Shown here in pieces: positions 22,981 to 33,776 of a DNA stretch of 64,000 nt. How positions within the stretch are numbered: position 1 is the stretch's first letter; each line of letters starts with the position of its first letter. A program made the position numbers and the translations under genes. The DNA comes from Eledone cirrhosa (lineage: Eukaryota): contig OZ024741.1 in the NCBI GenBank assembly GCA_964016885.1, forward strand, positions 409,510,001 to 409,574,000, read 5' to 3'. The notes beneath the pieces were generated by a model that saw only the letters and a program-made list of their open reading frames with translations, searched no databases and was not told the DNA's origin.

Positions 22981-23127
22981 CTTGATTTAAGACCCATTTC
23001 ATCAGCAGGTTCTAACAGGTATAAATGAACAGTTTGGTCCATGTGTTTAGGAAACTGAAGAGCAACAGGGTTACTTGAAAATATATTCAGGAAGTAAACA
23101 GTGACGGCTCCAGCTCCATATTGGGTC
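22981..23127 (-). CDS. HPSE: heparanase-like gene, penultimate coding exon (147 nt, phase 2/2)
   Basis: tatccatag|G ACC...TCA AG|gtaagt encodes TQYGAGAVTVYFLNIFSSNPVALQFPKHMDQTVHLYLLEPADEMGLKSR, matching heparanase Y..G..T.Y..N....V..YLL.P....GL.S. It joins the 18348 exon in frame (AG|A = Arg). Confidence 0.88.
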
Positions 23128-23156
23128 CTATGGATATAAACAACATATATTGATGG

Positions 23157-23163
23157 TAGATAG

Positions 23164-23199
<36 letters not shown>

Positions 23200-23200
23200 A
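23157..23200. repeat. (GATA)n tract at the left edge of the Tx1 array; further tracts at 28776-28792, 31903-31912, 33746-33775, 39113-39173, 40185-40216 and a remnant at 41248-41252
   Basis: Directly visible at every Tx1 junction. Confidence 0.95.
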
Positions 23201-26200
23201 TTTCTTTATTAGCCACAAGGGCGCACAAGAAAAGGGGACAAAACAAAGACATATGCCGGAGATTTTACATACAATCGTGTAAAAAAATATAAAACAAACA
23301 ATTATAACAATCGAAATCCTCAATAGGGGGGGAGGCGCCACAAATGAGTTATTTAATACCCCGTCGATAGAACAACCCTCAACTTCAGGAACGTGTTGTG
23401 CAAGTGCTCCTTTCTTCATTTTGCTCTCTTCAACCTACAGGTTTATATACAGAGAAGGCCCAATCGCTCGGGCCATTTTCGCTTCATTCACCCACCTTAC
23501 AGTAAATTTACTGGAGTGCAGTGCCTCTCTTTCCACTCTGATTCTCCTTCTAAAGTGGTATCTAAAGAAGGGAATTAGTTGTTGTCTGGAGAGAAAGGCA
23601 TTTCTCCTCAGTCCTCTCAATCCCGTCCACCATATAACCTCTTCCACCAAAGCCACAATACAGAGGAAAACCGCCTCTCTTTCATTTTGGAAAGAGTCTG
23701 GCGGTTTGATCCTTACTATGGACTCGGCAGTCAACTGGATTTGTTCCATACGCGACAGCAGTTGTTCTGCGTAGTTCCACAGGTCGGTTACGCCCGGGTA
23801 GTGTACAATTGCGTGCAGGACGGTTTCAATGTCCTGCACGCATCTTGGACACATCCTCTTGGAAGGATCCCTGCCGGGGCGTCCATGCCTGTAGATCTTG
23901 TCACAAACTGGTAGAGCTCCTCGGGAGCACTGCCAGGACAGGGACCTCTGGAAGTTGTCTATAGGTCCCGGGCAGAAAGTCCTACCACACAGACTGGTGA
24001 GTTTGTCGTCTTCGATGCCTAGAGTCTCTCTGAGCACGTCATTGCCCTTGTGACGTACTAACCCTCTATAGAATGTCGAAGTGGAGTCTCCACTGATTGC
24101 CATACCCGCTTGACAGAGGACTATGAGCGCCTGAGCGCATTCAATGTGCCAGGTGCCCATCTTCTTCGGTCTTCGCTTGACCCAGGACTGCAGCTCCGTC
24201 AGCGAGACAAGTTGCGGGAAGGTCTGTCTCACAAACGGTGGCCACACCGGTTGGGGGTCGGTGAGGAATACCTGGAGATGCCGTAGCCTCAGCTCATCAT
24301 CAGCCACAGCATTCCCAGCCCTCCGTTGGAAGGGTGCTGACAGCAGACGGATCTCCTCACCAGTGGAGCCTGCTTCTTCCAAAGGAACTGGAAGAGCATG
24401 CGTTCCATCTTGGTGAGGTGTTCACGGGGTCAAGGCACGACGGTCAAGTGGTAGTAGATGACAGACGCTATGAAAGTGTTCGCCACCTCCGCTCGACCTT
24501 TCAAAGACAGTTTGCACTCTGCCCACTTCTGGGTGAGCGCAAATACCTTGGCCGTGACCTCGTTCCAGTTTTTCTCTACCTGGAGGTCCGGACCAAACCA
24601 GACCCCGAGCAATTTCATTGGTCTGCCTGTCCAGCGTCCGACGACGCTGCCGGACGGCATCGGCTTGCCTCTCCACGTTCTGAGTTGCAAACCGACAGAC
24701 TTGTCTGGGTTCAGTTTTGCTCCTGTGAGCCTTTCGTATTCCTGCAGTAAGTTGCTGATCTCCCCGATTTCGGAGGCTTCCGAGACCATTACCGTTACGT
24801 TGTCCCCATAAGCCGACGCTGCTTTCCGCAGTTCCGGTTCCAACGGAATGCCCTGCAGCAGCTCCAGCTTCCGCAGTAGTGGCTCTAGAGTCCGTATGTA
24901 CGGAATGGAGGGGAGAGGGCATCCCTGTCGGATGGAACAGCAGGTGTTGGTGTGCATTGCCTCTGAAGACGGGTCCGAAACTGGCCGCCTTGAGAACCGC
25001 TTCCAAGTATCGATGGTCGACCCTATCGAATGCCTTAGACTGAACTAAATTGATCAGAGCCCCACTGAAGCCGGGTTTACACCCCACCATCTCTATGATG
25101 TATCGCAAGAGGTGGAGGTTGTCGTGTATGGACCTGGTCGGCATTGCACACGTTTCCGCTTTCCCTACCAGGTTCTCGACTACAAGCGCCAGCCTCGTTG
25201 CCAACACCTTGGCCAAAATCTTTAACTCTGTGTTGAGCAGAGTTATGGGCCTAAAGTTGTTTAGTTCCTCCCCCTTGTTCCCGTCTATCCTGATCAGCGT
25301 TACTACGCCCCTGCCTGCAGAACTGGGAATTCTCCCGTTCTGCTCCCAGTTGCAGTAGACGGCCTCAGGGTGCCAGAGAACAAGTCCAGCATGCCTATGT
25401 TAAACTCATATGGTAGACCATCTAGACCGGGTGATTTGCGTTTCCCGCAGCGGCCCAGAGTGTCCTGTATCTCAGTGGCTGTGATCGGTCTTTCGCAGAA
25501 CTCGGCATCCATGCTCGACAGACGCAGCAGGCCGTCGAGGTATGAACCGAAGACCATTGCCCCGTTCGATGCACCGCCACTCTGCCCGAACAGTTGTGCA
25601 AAGTGCCGCTGAAAGGCCACGCACATCCGCTTGGGGTGAACTTGTTGCCACTTTCAAAGAGAAAATCGTGAACTTGTTGCCACTTTTCGCCTCTACCACT
25701 TGGGCCCAGCTAACAGATTTCGCTCCCTTGTTTCCTAGAGCACGTGATTTACTTCTGACCACACACCCTTCGTGTTTCACGTCGAAGAACTGGTTCAGTG
25801 CCATTCTCATTGCTAGCACTCTAGCTGCGTTGCCACTCCTAAATGCCTCCTCTACCTTGGCTACTAGTTCCGTTTCTGTTTTGTTTCTCTCTAAGGCTAA
25901 CTCTCTGCTAAAGTCTATCGACTCTACTCTAATTGCTCTCTTGAGGGAGTACCACCATCTGTCAATTGTTGCTTAACTAATCTACTTATCAGTTCACTGT
26001 AGGCTTTACGTGTCGGTAGCAACACGTTCAGCTTCCAATATCCAGGTCCCTGTCTATGTATTCTATCACGGTTGACTATGCAGATGACTAGTTTGTGGTC
26101 TGAATAGGCAACCATGTGCATTTGTGGACAGCTTAACATCTTGTCCTTCTCTGTAAAGAAAACCCTATCTAGATACGATGTAGATGTCCCGCTGCGGTTT

Positions 26201-28776
26201 TCCCACGTCCACTGTGGTGCAGTCGGGAAATCTAGTCGATATCTATCGGCCAGTTGGAATTGGCCGATTAGATTTTTGAGGCTGTTGCACCCCCCTCTAC
26301 TGGGACATGAACCTACATAGTCCCATCGTGCATCTAGGATACCATTCCAGTCCCCCACTAAAAGTAAGGAGCGAGACGTTCCGAGAAAAGACTCTAGACG
26401 TTTAAAGAAGTCTGGCCGCGATTGCCCAGTCGAAGCATAAAAGGCCACCAGTCTGAAGGCTCCACCTCCAATACTGTTCACGTCTAGGACTACCAGTCTA
26501 TCCTCCGGGTCCAAGTGTACTTGCTGTACTTTGATGTCCAGGTTTTTCCGAAACATGACAGCCACTCCCCCTCCACCTCCTGGCTGACAGAGAGATGCGT
26601 AGATCTCAAAGTCATTGAAGATGGGGGTTAGTTGCTGCCTGTTGTGGATCCTGGACTCGGTGATAGCTATCACATCCATACCATGTGACTTAAGGTCGTT
26701 TAAAAGTTGGCCCCGTTTCCAGGGCATCCCTAGGCCACGCACATTCACACTTCCAACTCGTAAACTTGCCATGTTGGTGGAGAAGAGTTGGCGAAAAAGG
26801 ACGAAAAGGTGCACTTACTTTTCATTTCCTGGAGATCGGGTTGTTCAATCTCCATTTGGGTGCTGGAGGGGGTGTTGGGTGGGGTGAACAGGACACGGTT
26901 AATGGGCTTTTGACAGGGGTTGCCAATGTCCTGCAAAAATTTATTCTTCAGGTCACTATAGGTCTCCATAGAAACCCTTATAAGTTTAAGGTGTGGAGAC
27001 GATTCTGCTTTAACGAAAGTTTTGCCCTCTGTCTCACCTTGGGGTTTTTGGAGATGACCTCCATCAAACTCTTGTTGTTTGTGTTGGTGTATGCGTATTG
27101 TTGTTTGTGTTTTTGTTGTGTTGTTATTGTTTGTTGATCGTTCGGGAGTTTTCTTTTTATGCTGGGTGCTTGTTTGGGTTGGTGTTGATTTTGCTGGTAG
27201 GGGGATGTTTGACTGTGGTGTTGTTTGTGTCTGTAGTTGTGTGTTGGTGTTGGTGATTGGAGTTTTGGGGGTTTGTGGTGTCTATTTTTTTGCTTTGGGG
27301 ATTTTTGAGGCTCTCCTTCCTCTTCACTTAAAGGAGAAGCAGCCTTATCTGTTGATGAATAATCATCGTCAGGAGTGTGGGGTAGGGGTATGTTGTGTGG
27401 TGGTGGTGTTTCAGTGTGTGTGTGTTTGTGGTAGTGTTTGATGGAGTGGGATGGGGTGGGGCTGTGTACTTCAGGGGTGTTGTCTGTGTTGTTGTTGGTT
27501 GAGTGGCCATTTGTTTTGGTCTGTTTGCTTGTTTCGTGTGTTATTGTTGTGGTGGTGGTAGTTTTGGTGTTGATAACAGTATTTTCTTTTGGATCGTTTT
27601 GTTTGAGTATGTTTGTAAAGGGCAGGAGGCCTTTAGATGTGTGGTACTATTACAAGGAAAGCAATGTGGGTTTTCATCCTTCAACCGAAATGTTAATGTA
27701 GTTGTTGTTGTCGACTAGGAACTTTTCGGGTATTTTGGAGATTCTCTCCGACCTCATCTACACCAGAATCTCCAAATTGGTACCCGCCCACCTTTGTCTG
27801 GTCGACTTTCTGACCGAAAGAATTACATCATTTTCTAGCTCCACGAACCCCGCCAAAATCCACCAGATGTTGATGATGGTGGTATACTATTTATTTTTAT
27901 TTTTTGTGTTCTTTTTCCCATGTAAGTAGGGAAAAAGGTATGCATTTTCAAAATGATTGGCTGCACAGAATCCTTCTGTGCGAGGTGCTCGTTTTAAAAA
28001 AATTACCGAAATACTTCCATACAGTCTGACCCTTTGCAGAAAATCAATATTTTCCAAAGCCTCCTTCAAGGTGGCTTCAATTTCCCCTTGACTAAGGAAA
28101 ACTGGTTTTCTTGTATTATTCAAGACAGTTCTGAAGGCTACCGTCCTTCGAACTGTTTCATGTTTAATTTCCAAGGGTGAGTTTATATGAAATCCACCCC
28201 TTTCTTCAAATGTTATAAATTGTTTCGCATCAGACATCTGTTTTGAATTGTTGATGTCCAACTATTTATATTGTTTTGTTTATCACAGTCTGTGCGAATG
28301 TTGTTTTTTCAGTTTCGTTGTTGTTGGTTTTTCTTGTATAGTTGTGTTAATTGTTTCAATTTCTGCATTTTCTGTATTTTCTGTATTTTTTGGTGTCTGT
28401 TGTGGGCTGTTATTTTCATCTTTTGTTGTGCAAATATCCATTTCTTTACGAAATAAAGTTTTGTTGTTGTTTGTCTCCATAGGTACTTCTATGGAAGTAG
28501 AGGGAGATATAACACTTATATCTGCCTCTTTCCCTGTCTTCTCGCTGTCAACGCTGCCTAAGTCACACATTGTTACAGTTAGGAAAATTTTAAAACTTCT
28601 CAATAATTTTTAAAATTAAATTTTGTCCCACATGGGCGAACACTGAGATTACCACCCAGCTGACAATTCAGCCTGGGTGTTAATCTATCAATCAATATAA
28701 ATTTGCACACAATAAACTCTGTTTTTGTATAGAAAATTTACAAAAACTTACTGACGATCTATCGCACGTCTGGTGG
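23201..28776 (-). mobile_element. Tx1-clade LINE copy A (family 1), full-length, decayed
   Basis: ORF1 fragments with a CCHC knuckle (CFPCNSTTHLKASC) and a T/P/N-rich tail. ORF2 starts at 26772 (APE: GSVNVRGL, GDWNGILD, YLDR, SDHKLV; RT; C-terminal CPRC..ETVLH) and has many frameshifts. Confidence 0.92.
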
Positions 28777-28793
28777 ATAGATAGATAGATATA

Positions 28794-31700
28794 TTTCTTT
28801 TATTTGCCACCAGGGCATCAAAAGTGGGACAAGTACAAAGGGGGGAGTTTACACAAAAAGGCGTCCTCAATAGGGAGGAGGCAATAACAAAATATAAAAA
28901 TAAAATAAGATATAACAAAAAATAAAATTTTTAACAAAATCCTCAATAGAGAGGAGGCGCCTTGGGGGGTCGCACACACCCCCGAAAAAAGTGTGCAACC
29001 CTTCTCCTCAGGAGCACAGAGAAGGGGTGCTCCCTTGGTCTTTCATCTTCCTCACCTATAGTCTGATGTAGAGTGAAGGCCCATTCACACGGGCCATTCT
29101 CGCCACTTTCACCCATCTTTCATAGAAACGGCTGGGGTGCAGCACCTCTCTCTCCATCCTGATCCTTCTTCCGAAATGATATCGGAAGAAACGGACCAGT
29201 TGTTGGCCAGAGAGAAAGGTGTCCGACCTCAGTCCTTTCAGACGCGTCCACCATACAACCTCTATCGCCATGGCTATTACGCACAGAAACACCGCCTCTG
29301 CTTCATCTTTGAAGGGGGGAGGCGGCTTGATCATTACAATAGACTCGGTGGTCAACCGGATCGGTCCCACCCTTGACAGCAGTTGTTCGACATAGCCCCA
29401 CAGATCGGCTACGCCCGAGCAGTGTACTAATGCGTGTGCAACGGTTTCCTCGTCGCACACGCATCTGGGACAGATCTTTTTGGCGGGGTCCCTACCCGGG
29501 CGCCCGTGTCTGTAGAGCCTTTCTCGAACGGGTAAAGCCCCTCGGTAGCACTGCCAGGCCAGGGACTTCTGGAAGTTGTCCATAGGTCCCGGGCTGAATG
29601 TCCTACCGAACAGGCTGGCCAGTTCGTCCTCCTCCATGTCTAGGGCTTCTCCGAGGGCGTCGTCGCACCTGCTGCGTACCAGCCCTCTATAGAATGTTGC
29701 GGTGGAGTCTCCACTGATAACCGGATCCGCCTGCCAGAGGGCGGTGAGCGCCTGGGCACACTCAGTGTGCCAGGCGCCCAGTTTTCTCGGTCTTTGCTTG
29801 ACCCAGGATTGCAGCTCGGTGAGTGAGACGAGTCTGGGAAAGGTTCGTCTCACAAACGAGGCCCACACCGGTTGTCCGGTGAGGAATACGTAGAGGTGCC
29901 GTAGCCTTAATGCGTGTTTACGCATCATTAGCCACGGCATCCCCATCCCTCCTTTCGAAGGGTGTTGACAGCAGATGGATCTCCTCACCATAGGAGCCCG
30001 CCTCTTCCAAAGGAATTGGAAGAGCGCGCGCTCCATCTTGGTGAGGGTTTCCCTTGGGCAGGGCACTACGGTCAGGCGGTAGTAGATGACGGACGCTATG
30101 TAGGTGTTCGCCACCTCCGCCCGACCTTTCAGGGATAGTTTGCAACTGGCCCACTTCTGGGTCAGTGCAAACACCCTGTTCGTAACCTCCGCCCAGTTTT
30201 TCTCCACCTGGAGGTCCGGTCCGAACCAGACCCCGAGCAACTTCACCGGGCCCTCCGTCCAGCGTCCGACGACGCTATCGGAGGGCATCGGTCTGCCTCT
30301 CCACGTGCCGAGTTGCAAACCGATCGACTTGTCCCGGTTCAGCTTAGCCCCTGTGAACTTTTCGTACTCCTCCAGTAAGGTGCCGACCGCCTCGATTTCG
30401 GAGGCCGTCGACACCATTACTGTCACGTCATCGGCGTAGGCCGACACCGCTTTCCGCAATCCCGGTTCCAAAGGGATGCCCTGCAACAACTCCAACTTCC
30501 GCAGTAGTGGCTCGAGAGTCAACACATACAGAAGGGAGGAGAGAGGGCACCCTTGTCGGATGGACCGCGCGATTTTGAACGGCTCCGAGAGGTAGCCGTT
30601 CACCTTGACCCTAGAGCAGATGCGGCTGCTGTGCATAGCAGTGATCCAGCCCCTGAAAACGGGTCCGAAGCCTGCCGCCGCTAGCACCGCATCCAGGTAA
30701 CCATGGTCGACCCTATCGAACGCCTTAGATTGATCCAAGTTGATCAGAGCCCCACCAATGCCGGGTTCGTTCCCAACCCTCTCTATGATGTATCGCATGA
30801 GGTGGAGGTTGTCATGGATGGACCTGGACGGGATAGCGCATGTCTGCGCATCTCCCACCAGGTTGCCCACGACAAGCGCCAACCTCTTTGCTAGCACCTT
30901 GGCCAAAATCTGTAACTCTGTATTTAGCAGTGTTATGGGCCTGAAGTTACTTATTTCGTCCCCCTTGTTCTCGTCCTTCCTCACTAGCGTGACTACGCCC
31001 TTGGTCACAGTACAGGGAATTCTCCCGTTCTGTTGCCAGTTGCAGTAGACCGCCTCGAGGAGATCGGCGAACAAGTCCGGCATAGCTAGATATAATTCGT
31101 AAGGAAGACCATCGAGACCCGGGGATTTGCGTTTGCCGCATTGGCTCAGCACGTCCTCTATCTCAGCGGCCGAAATCGGCTCCTCGCAGGACTTCGCCTC
31201 CCTGTCCGAGAGACGCGGCAGGCCGTCGAGGTATGGACCGAAGTCCACGTTCCCAACCGGCTCCCCGCCCCTCCCGAACAGTCGGGCAAAGTGCCTTTGA
31301 AAGGCCTCACACATCTGCTTAGGCTCAAGAATCGCCCGTCCATCCAGGTCTCGCAAAGACCGGATGGTGGATTTAGTTCCACTGTTGGCCTCTGTCACGC
31401 GGGCCCAGCTAACAGCTTTGGTCCCCTCGTTCCCTAGAGCACGTATTTTACTTCGGACAACGCAGCCTTCGTGCTTCGCGTCGAAAAACTGGCTCAAAGC
31501 CGTTCTCGACGCTAGCACTCTGGCCACGTCGCCGCTTCTAATTGCCTCTTCTACTCTATCTATTAGCTCCCTTTCCTTCCTATTCCTATCCGCAGCTAGA
31601 ACCTTACTAAATTCTATCGAGACTACTCTAATCTCTCTCTTTAGAGATACCCACCACCTGCTGTTGACGATCGCTCCAGTCAACCGTTCCTTAACTAACG

Positions 31701-31905
31701 TACTAATCCGATTCCTGTAGGCTCTACTTGCCGGCAAGGACAAGTTGAGCTTCCAGTAACCGGGGCCCTGTCTATGAGTTCTGTCAAGGTTGACCATGCA
31801 GGTCACTAATTTGTGGTCTGAATAGCCAACCATGCGCATTTTTGGACAACTTAAAAAGTCCTTATCCTTAATTCTAACTAAGAACCTATCTAGGTACGAC
31901 CTAGA
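28794..31905 (-). mobile_element. Tx1 copy B (family 2), 5'-truncated, young
   Basis: Uninterrupted 927-aa ORF. The 3' end is AATAAA followed by (TATC)n. Confidence 0.95.
29056..31839 (-). CDS. Tx1 ORF2 (end of APE + RT + C-terminal zinc finger), open but lacking the N-terminus
   Basis: SDHKLV, KSPGLDGLPYE, NFRPITLLN, LDQSKAFDRV, RQGCPLS, AYADD and CPRC..ETVAHALVHC. Confidence 0.9.
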   Translation of the reverse strand: MRMVGYSDHKLVTCMVNLDRTHRQGPGYWKLNLSLPASRAYRNRISTLVKERLTGAIVNSRWWVSLKREIRVVSIEFSKVLAADRNRKERELIDRVEEAIRSGDVARVLASRTALSQFFDAKHEGCVVRSKIRALGNEGTKAVSWARVTEANSGTKSTIRSLRDLDGRAILEPKQMCEAFQRHFARLFGRGGEPVGNVDFGPYLDGLPRLSDREAKSCEEPISAAEIEDVLSQCGKRKSPGLDGLPYELYLAMPDLFADLLEAVYCNWQQNGRIPCTVTKGVVTLVRKDENKGDEISNFRPITLLNTELQILAKVLAKRLALVVGNLVGDAQTCAIPSRSIHDNLHLMRYIIERVGNEPGIGGALINLDQSKAFDRVDHGYLDAVLAAAGFGPVFRGWITAMHSSRICSRVKVNGYLSEPFKIARSIRQGCPLSSLLYVLTLEPLLRKLELLQGIPLEPGLRKAVSAYADDVTVMVSTASEIEAVGTLLEEYEKFTGAKLNRDKSIGLQLGTWRGRPMPSDSVVGRWTEGPVKLLGVWFGPDLQVEKNWAEVTNRVFALTQKWASCKLSLKGRAEVANTYIASVIYYRLTVVPCPRETLTKMERALFQFLWKRRAPMVRRSICCQHPSKGGMGMPWLMMRKHALRLRHLYVFLTGQPVWASFVRRTFPRLVSLTELQSWVKQRPRKLGAWHTECAQALTALWQADPVISGDSTATFYRGLVRSRCDDALGEALDMEEDELASLFGRTFSPGPMDNFQKSLAWQCYRGALPVRERLYRHGRPGRDPAKKICPRCVCDEETVAHALVHCSGVADLWGYVEQLLSRVGPIRLTTESIVMIKPPPPFKDEAEAVFLCVIAMAIEVVWWTRLKGLRSDTFLSGQQLVRFFRYHFGRRIRMEREVLHPSRFYERWVKVARMARVNGPSLYIRL

Positions 31906-31913
31906 TAGATATA

Positions 31914-33746
31914 TTTCTTTTATTTGCCACTAGGGCATCAAAAGTGGGACAAGTACAAAGGGGGGAGTTTACACAAAAAGGCGTCCTCAATAAGGAGGAG
32001 GCAATAACAAAATATAAAAATAAAATAAGATATAACAAAAAATAAAATTTTTAACAAAATCCTCAATAGAGAGGAGGCGCCTTGGGGGGTCGCACACACC
32101 CCCGAAAAAAGTGTGCAACCCTTCTCCTCAGGAGCACAGAGAAGGGGTGCTCCCTTGGTCTTTCATCTTCCTCACCTATAGTCTGATGTAGAGTGAAGGC
32201 CCATTCACACGGGCCATTCTCGCCACTTTCACCCATCTTTCATAGAAACGGCTGGGGTGCAGCACCTCTCTCTCCATCCTGATCCTTCTTCCGAAATGAT
32301 ATCAGAAGAAACGGACCAGTTGTTGGCCAGAGAGAAAGGTGCCCGACCTCAGTCCTTTCAGACGCGTCCACCATACAACCTCTTTCGCCATGGCTATTAC
32401 GCACAGAAACACCGCCTCTGCTTCATCTTTGAAGGGGGGAGGCGGCTTGATCATTACAATAGACTCGGTGGTCAACCGGATCGGTCCCACCCTTGACAGC
32501 AGTTGTTCGACATAGCCCCACAGATCGGCTACGCCCGAGCAGTGTACTAATGCGTGTGCAACGGTTTCCTCGTCGCACACGCATCTGGGACAGATCTTTT
32601 TGGCGGGGTCCCTACCCGGGCGCCCGTGTCTGTAGAGCCTTTCTCGAACGGGTAAAGCCCCTCGGTAGCACTGCCAGGCCAGGGACTTCTGGAAGTTGTC
32701 CATAGGTCCCGGGCTGAATGTCCTACCGAACAGGCTGGCAGTTCGTCCTCCTCCATGTCTAGGGCTTCTCCGAGGGCGTCGTCGCACCTGCTGCGCACCA
32801 GCCCTCTATAGAATGTTGCGGTGGAGTCTCCACTGATAACCGGATCCGCCTGCCAGAGGGCGGTGAGCGCCTGGGCACACTCAGTGTGCCAGGCGCCCAG
32901 TTTTCTCGGTCTTTGCTTGACCCAGGATTGCAGCTCGGTGAGTGAGACGAGTCTGGGAAAGGTTCGTCTCACAAACGAGGCCCACACCGGTTGTCCGGTG
33001 AGGAATACGTAGAGGTGCCGTAGCCTTAATGCGTGTTTACGCATCATTAGCCACGGCATCCCCATCCCTCCTTTCGAAGGGTGTTGACTGCAGATGGATC
33101 TCCTCACCATAGGAGCCCGCCTCTTCCAAAGGAATTGGAAGAGCGCGCGCTCCATCTTGGTGAGGGTTTCCCTTGGGCAGGGCACTACGGTCAGGCGGTA
33201 GTAGATGACGGACGCTATGTAGGTGTTCGCCACCTCCGCCCGACCTTTCAGGGATAGTTTGCAACTGGCCCACTTCTGGGTCAGTGCAAACACCCTGTTC
33301 GTAACCTCCGCCCAGTTTTTCTCCACCTGGAGGTCCGGTCCGAACCAGACCCCGAGCAACTTCACCGGGCCCTCCGTCCAGCGTCCGACGACGCTATCGG
33401 AGGGCATCGGTCTGCCCCTCCACGTGCCGAGTTGCAAACCGATCGACTTGTCCCGGTTCAGCTTAGCCCCTGTGAACTTTTCGTACTCCTCCAGTAAGGT
33501 GCCGACCACCTCGATTTCGGAGGCCGTCGACACCATTACTGTCACGTCATCGGCGTAGGCCGACACCGCTTTCCGCAATCCCGGTTCCAAAGGGATGCCC
33601 TGCAACAACTCCAACTTCCGCAGTAGTGGCTCGAGAGTCAACACATACAGAAGGGAGGAGAGAGGGCACCCTTGTCGGATGGACCGCGCGATTTTGAACG
33701 GCTCCGAGAGGTAGCCGTTCACCTTGACCCTAGAGCAGATGCGGCT
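31914..33746 (-). mobile_element. Tx1 copy C (family 2), 5'-truncated
   Basis: Nearly identical to 28794-30627, with a 1-bp deletion near 32738 and a CGA>TGA stop near 32303. Confidence 0.95.
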
Positions 33747-33776
33747 AGATAGATAGATAGATAGATAGATAGATAT

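Noticed and set aside
28794-33746. B and C as LTRs or a segmental tandem duplication
   Set aside because: They have different 5' truncation points, each has its own GATA junction, and the repeated part is the LINE 3' end. Independent insertions fit better.
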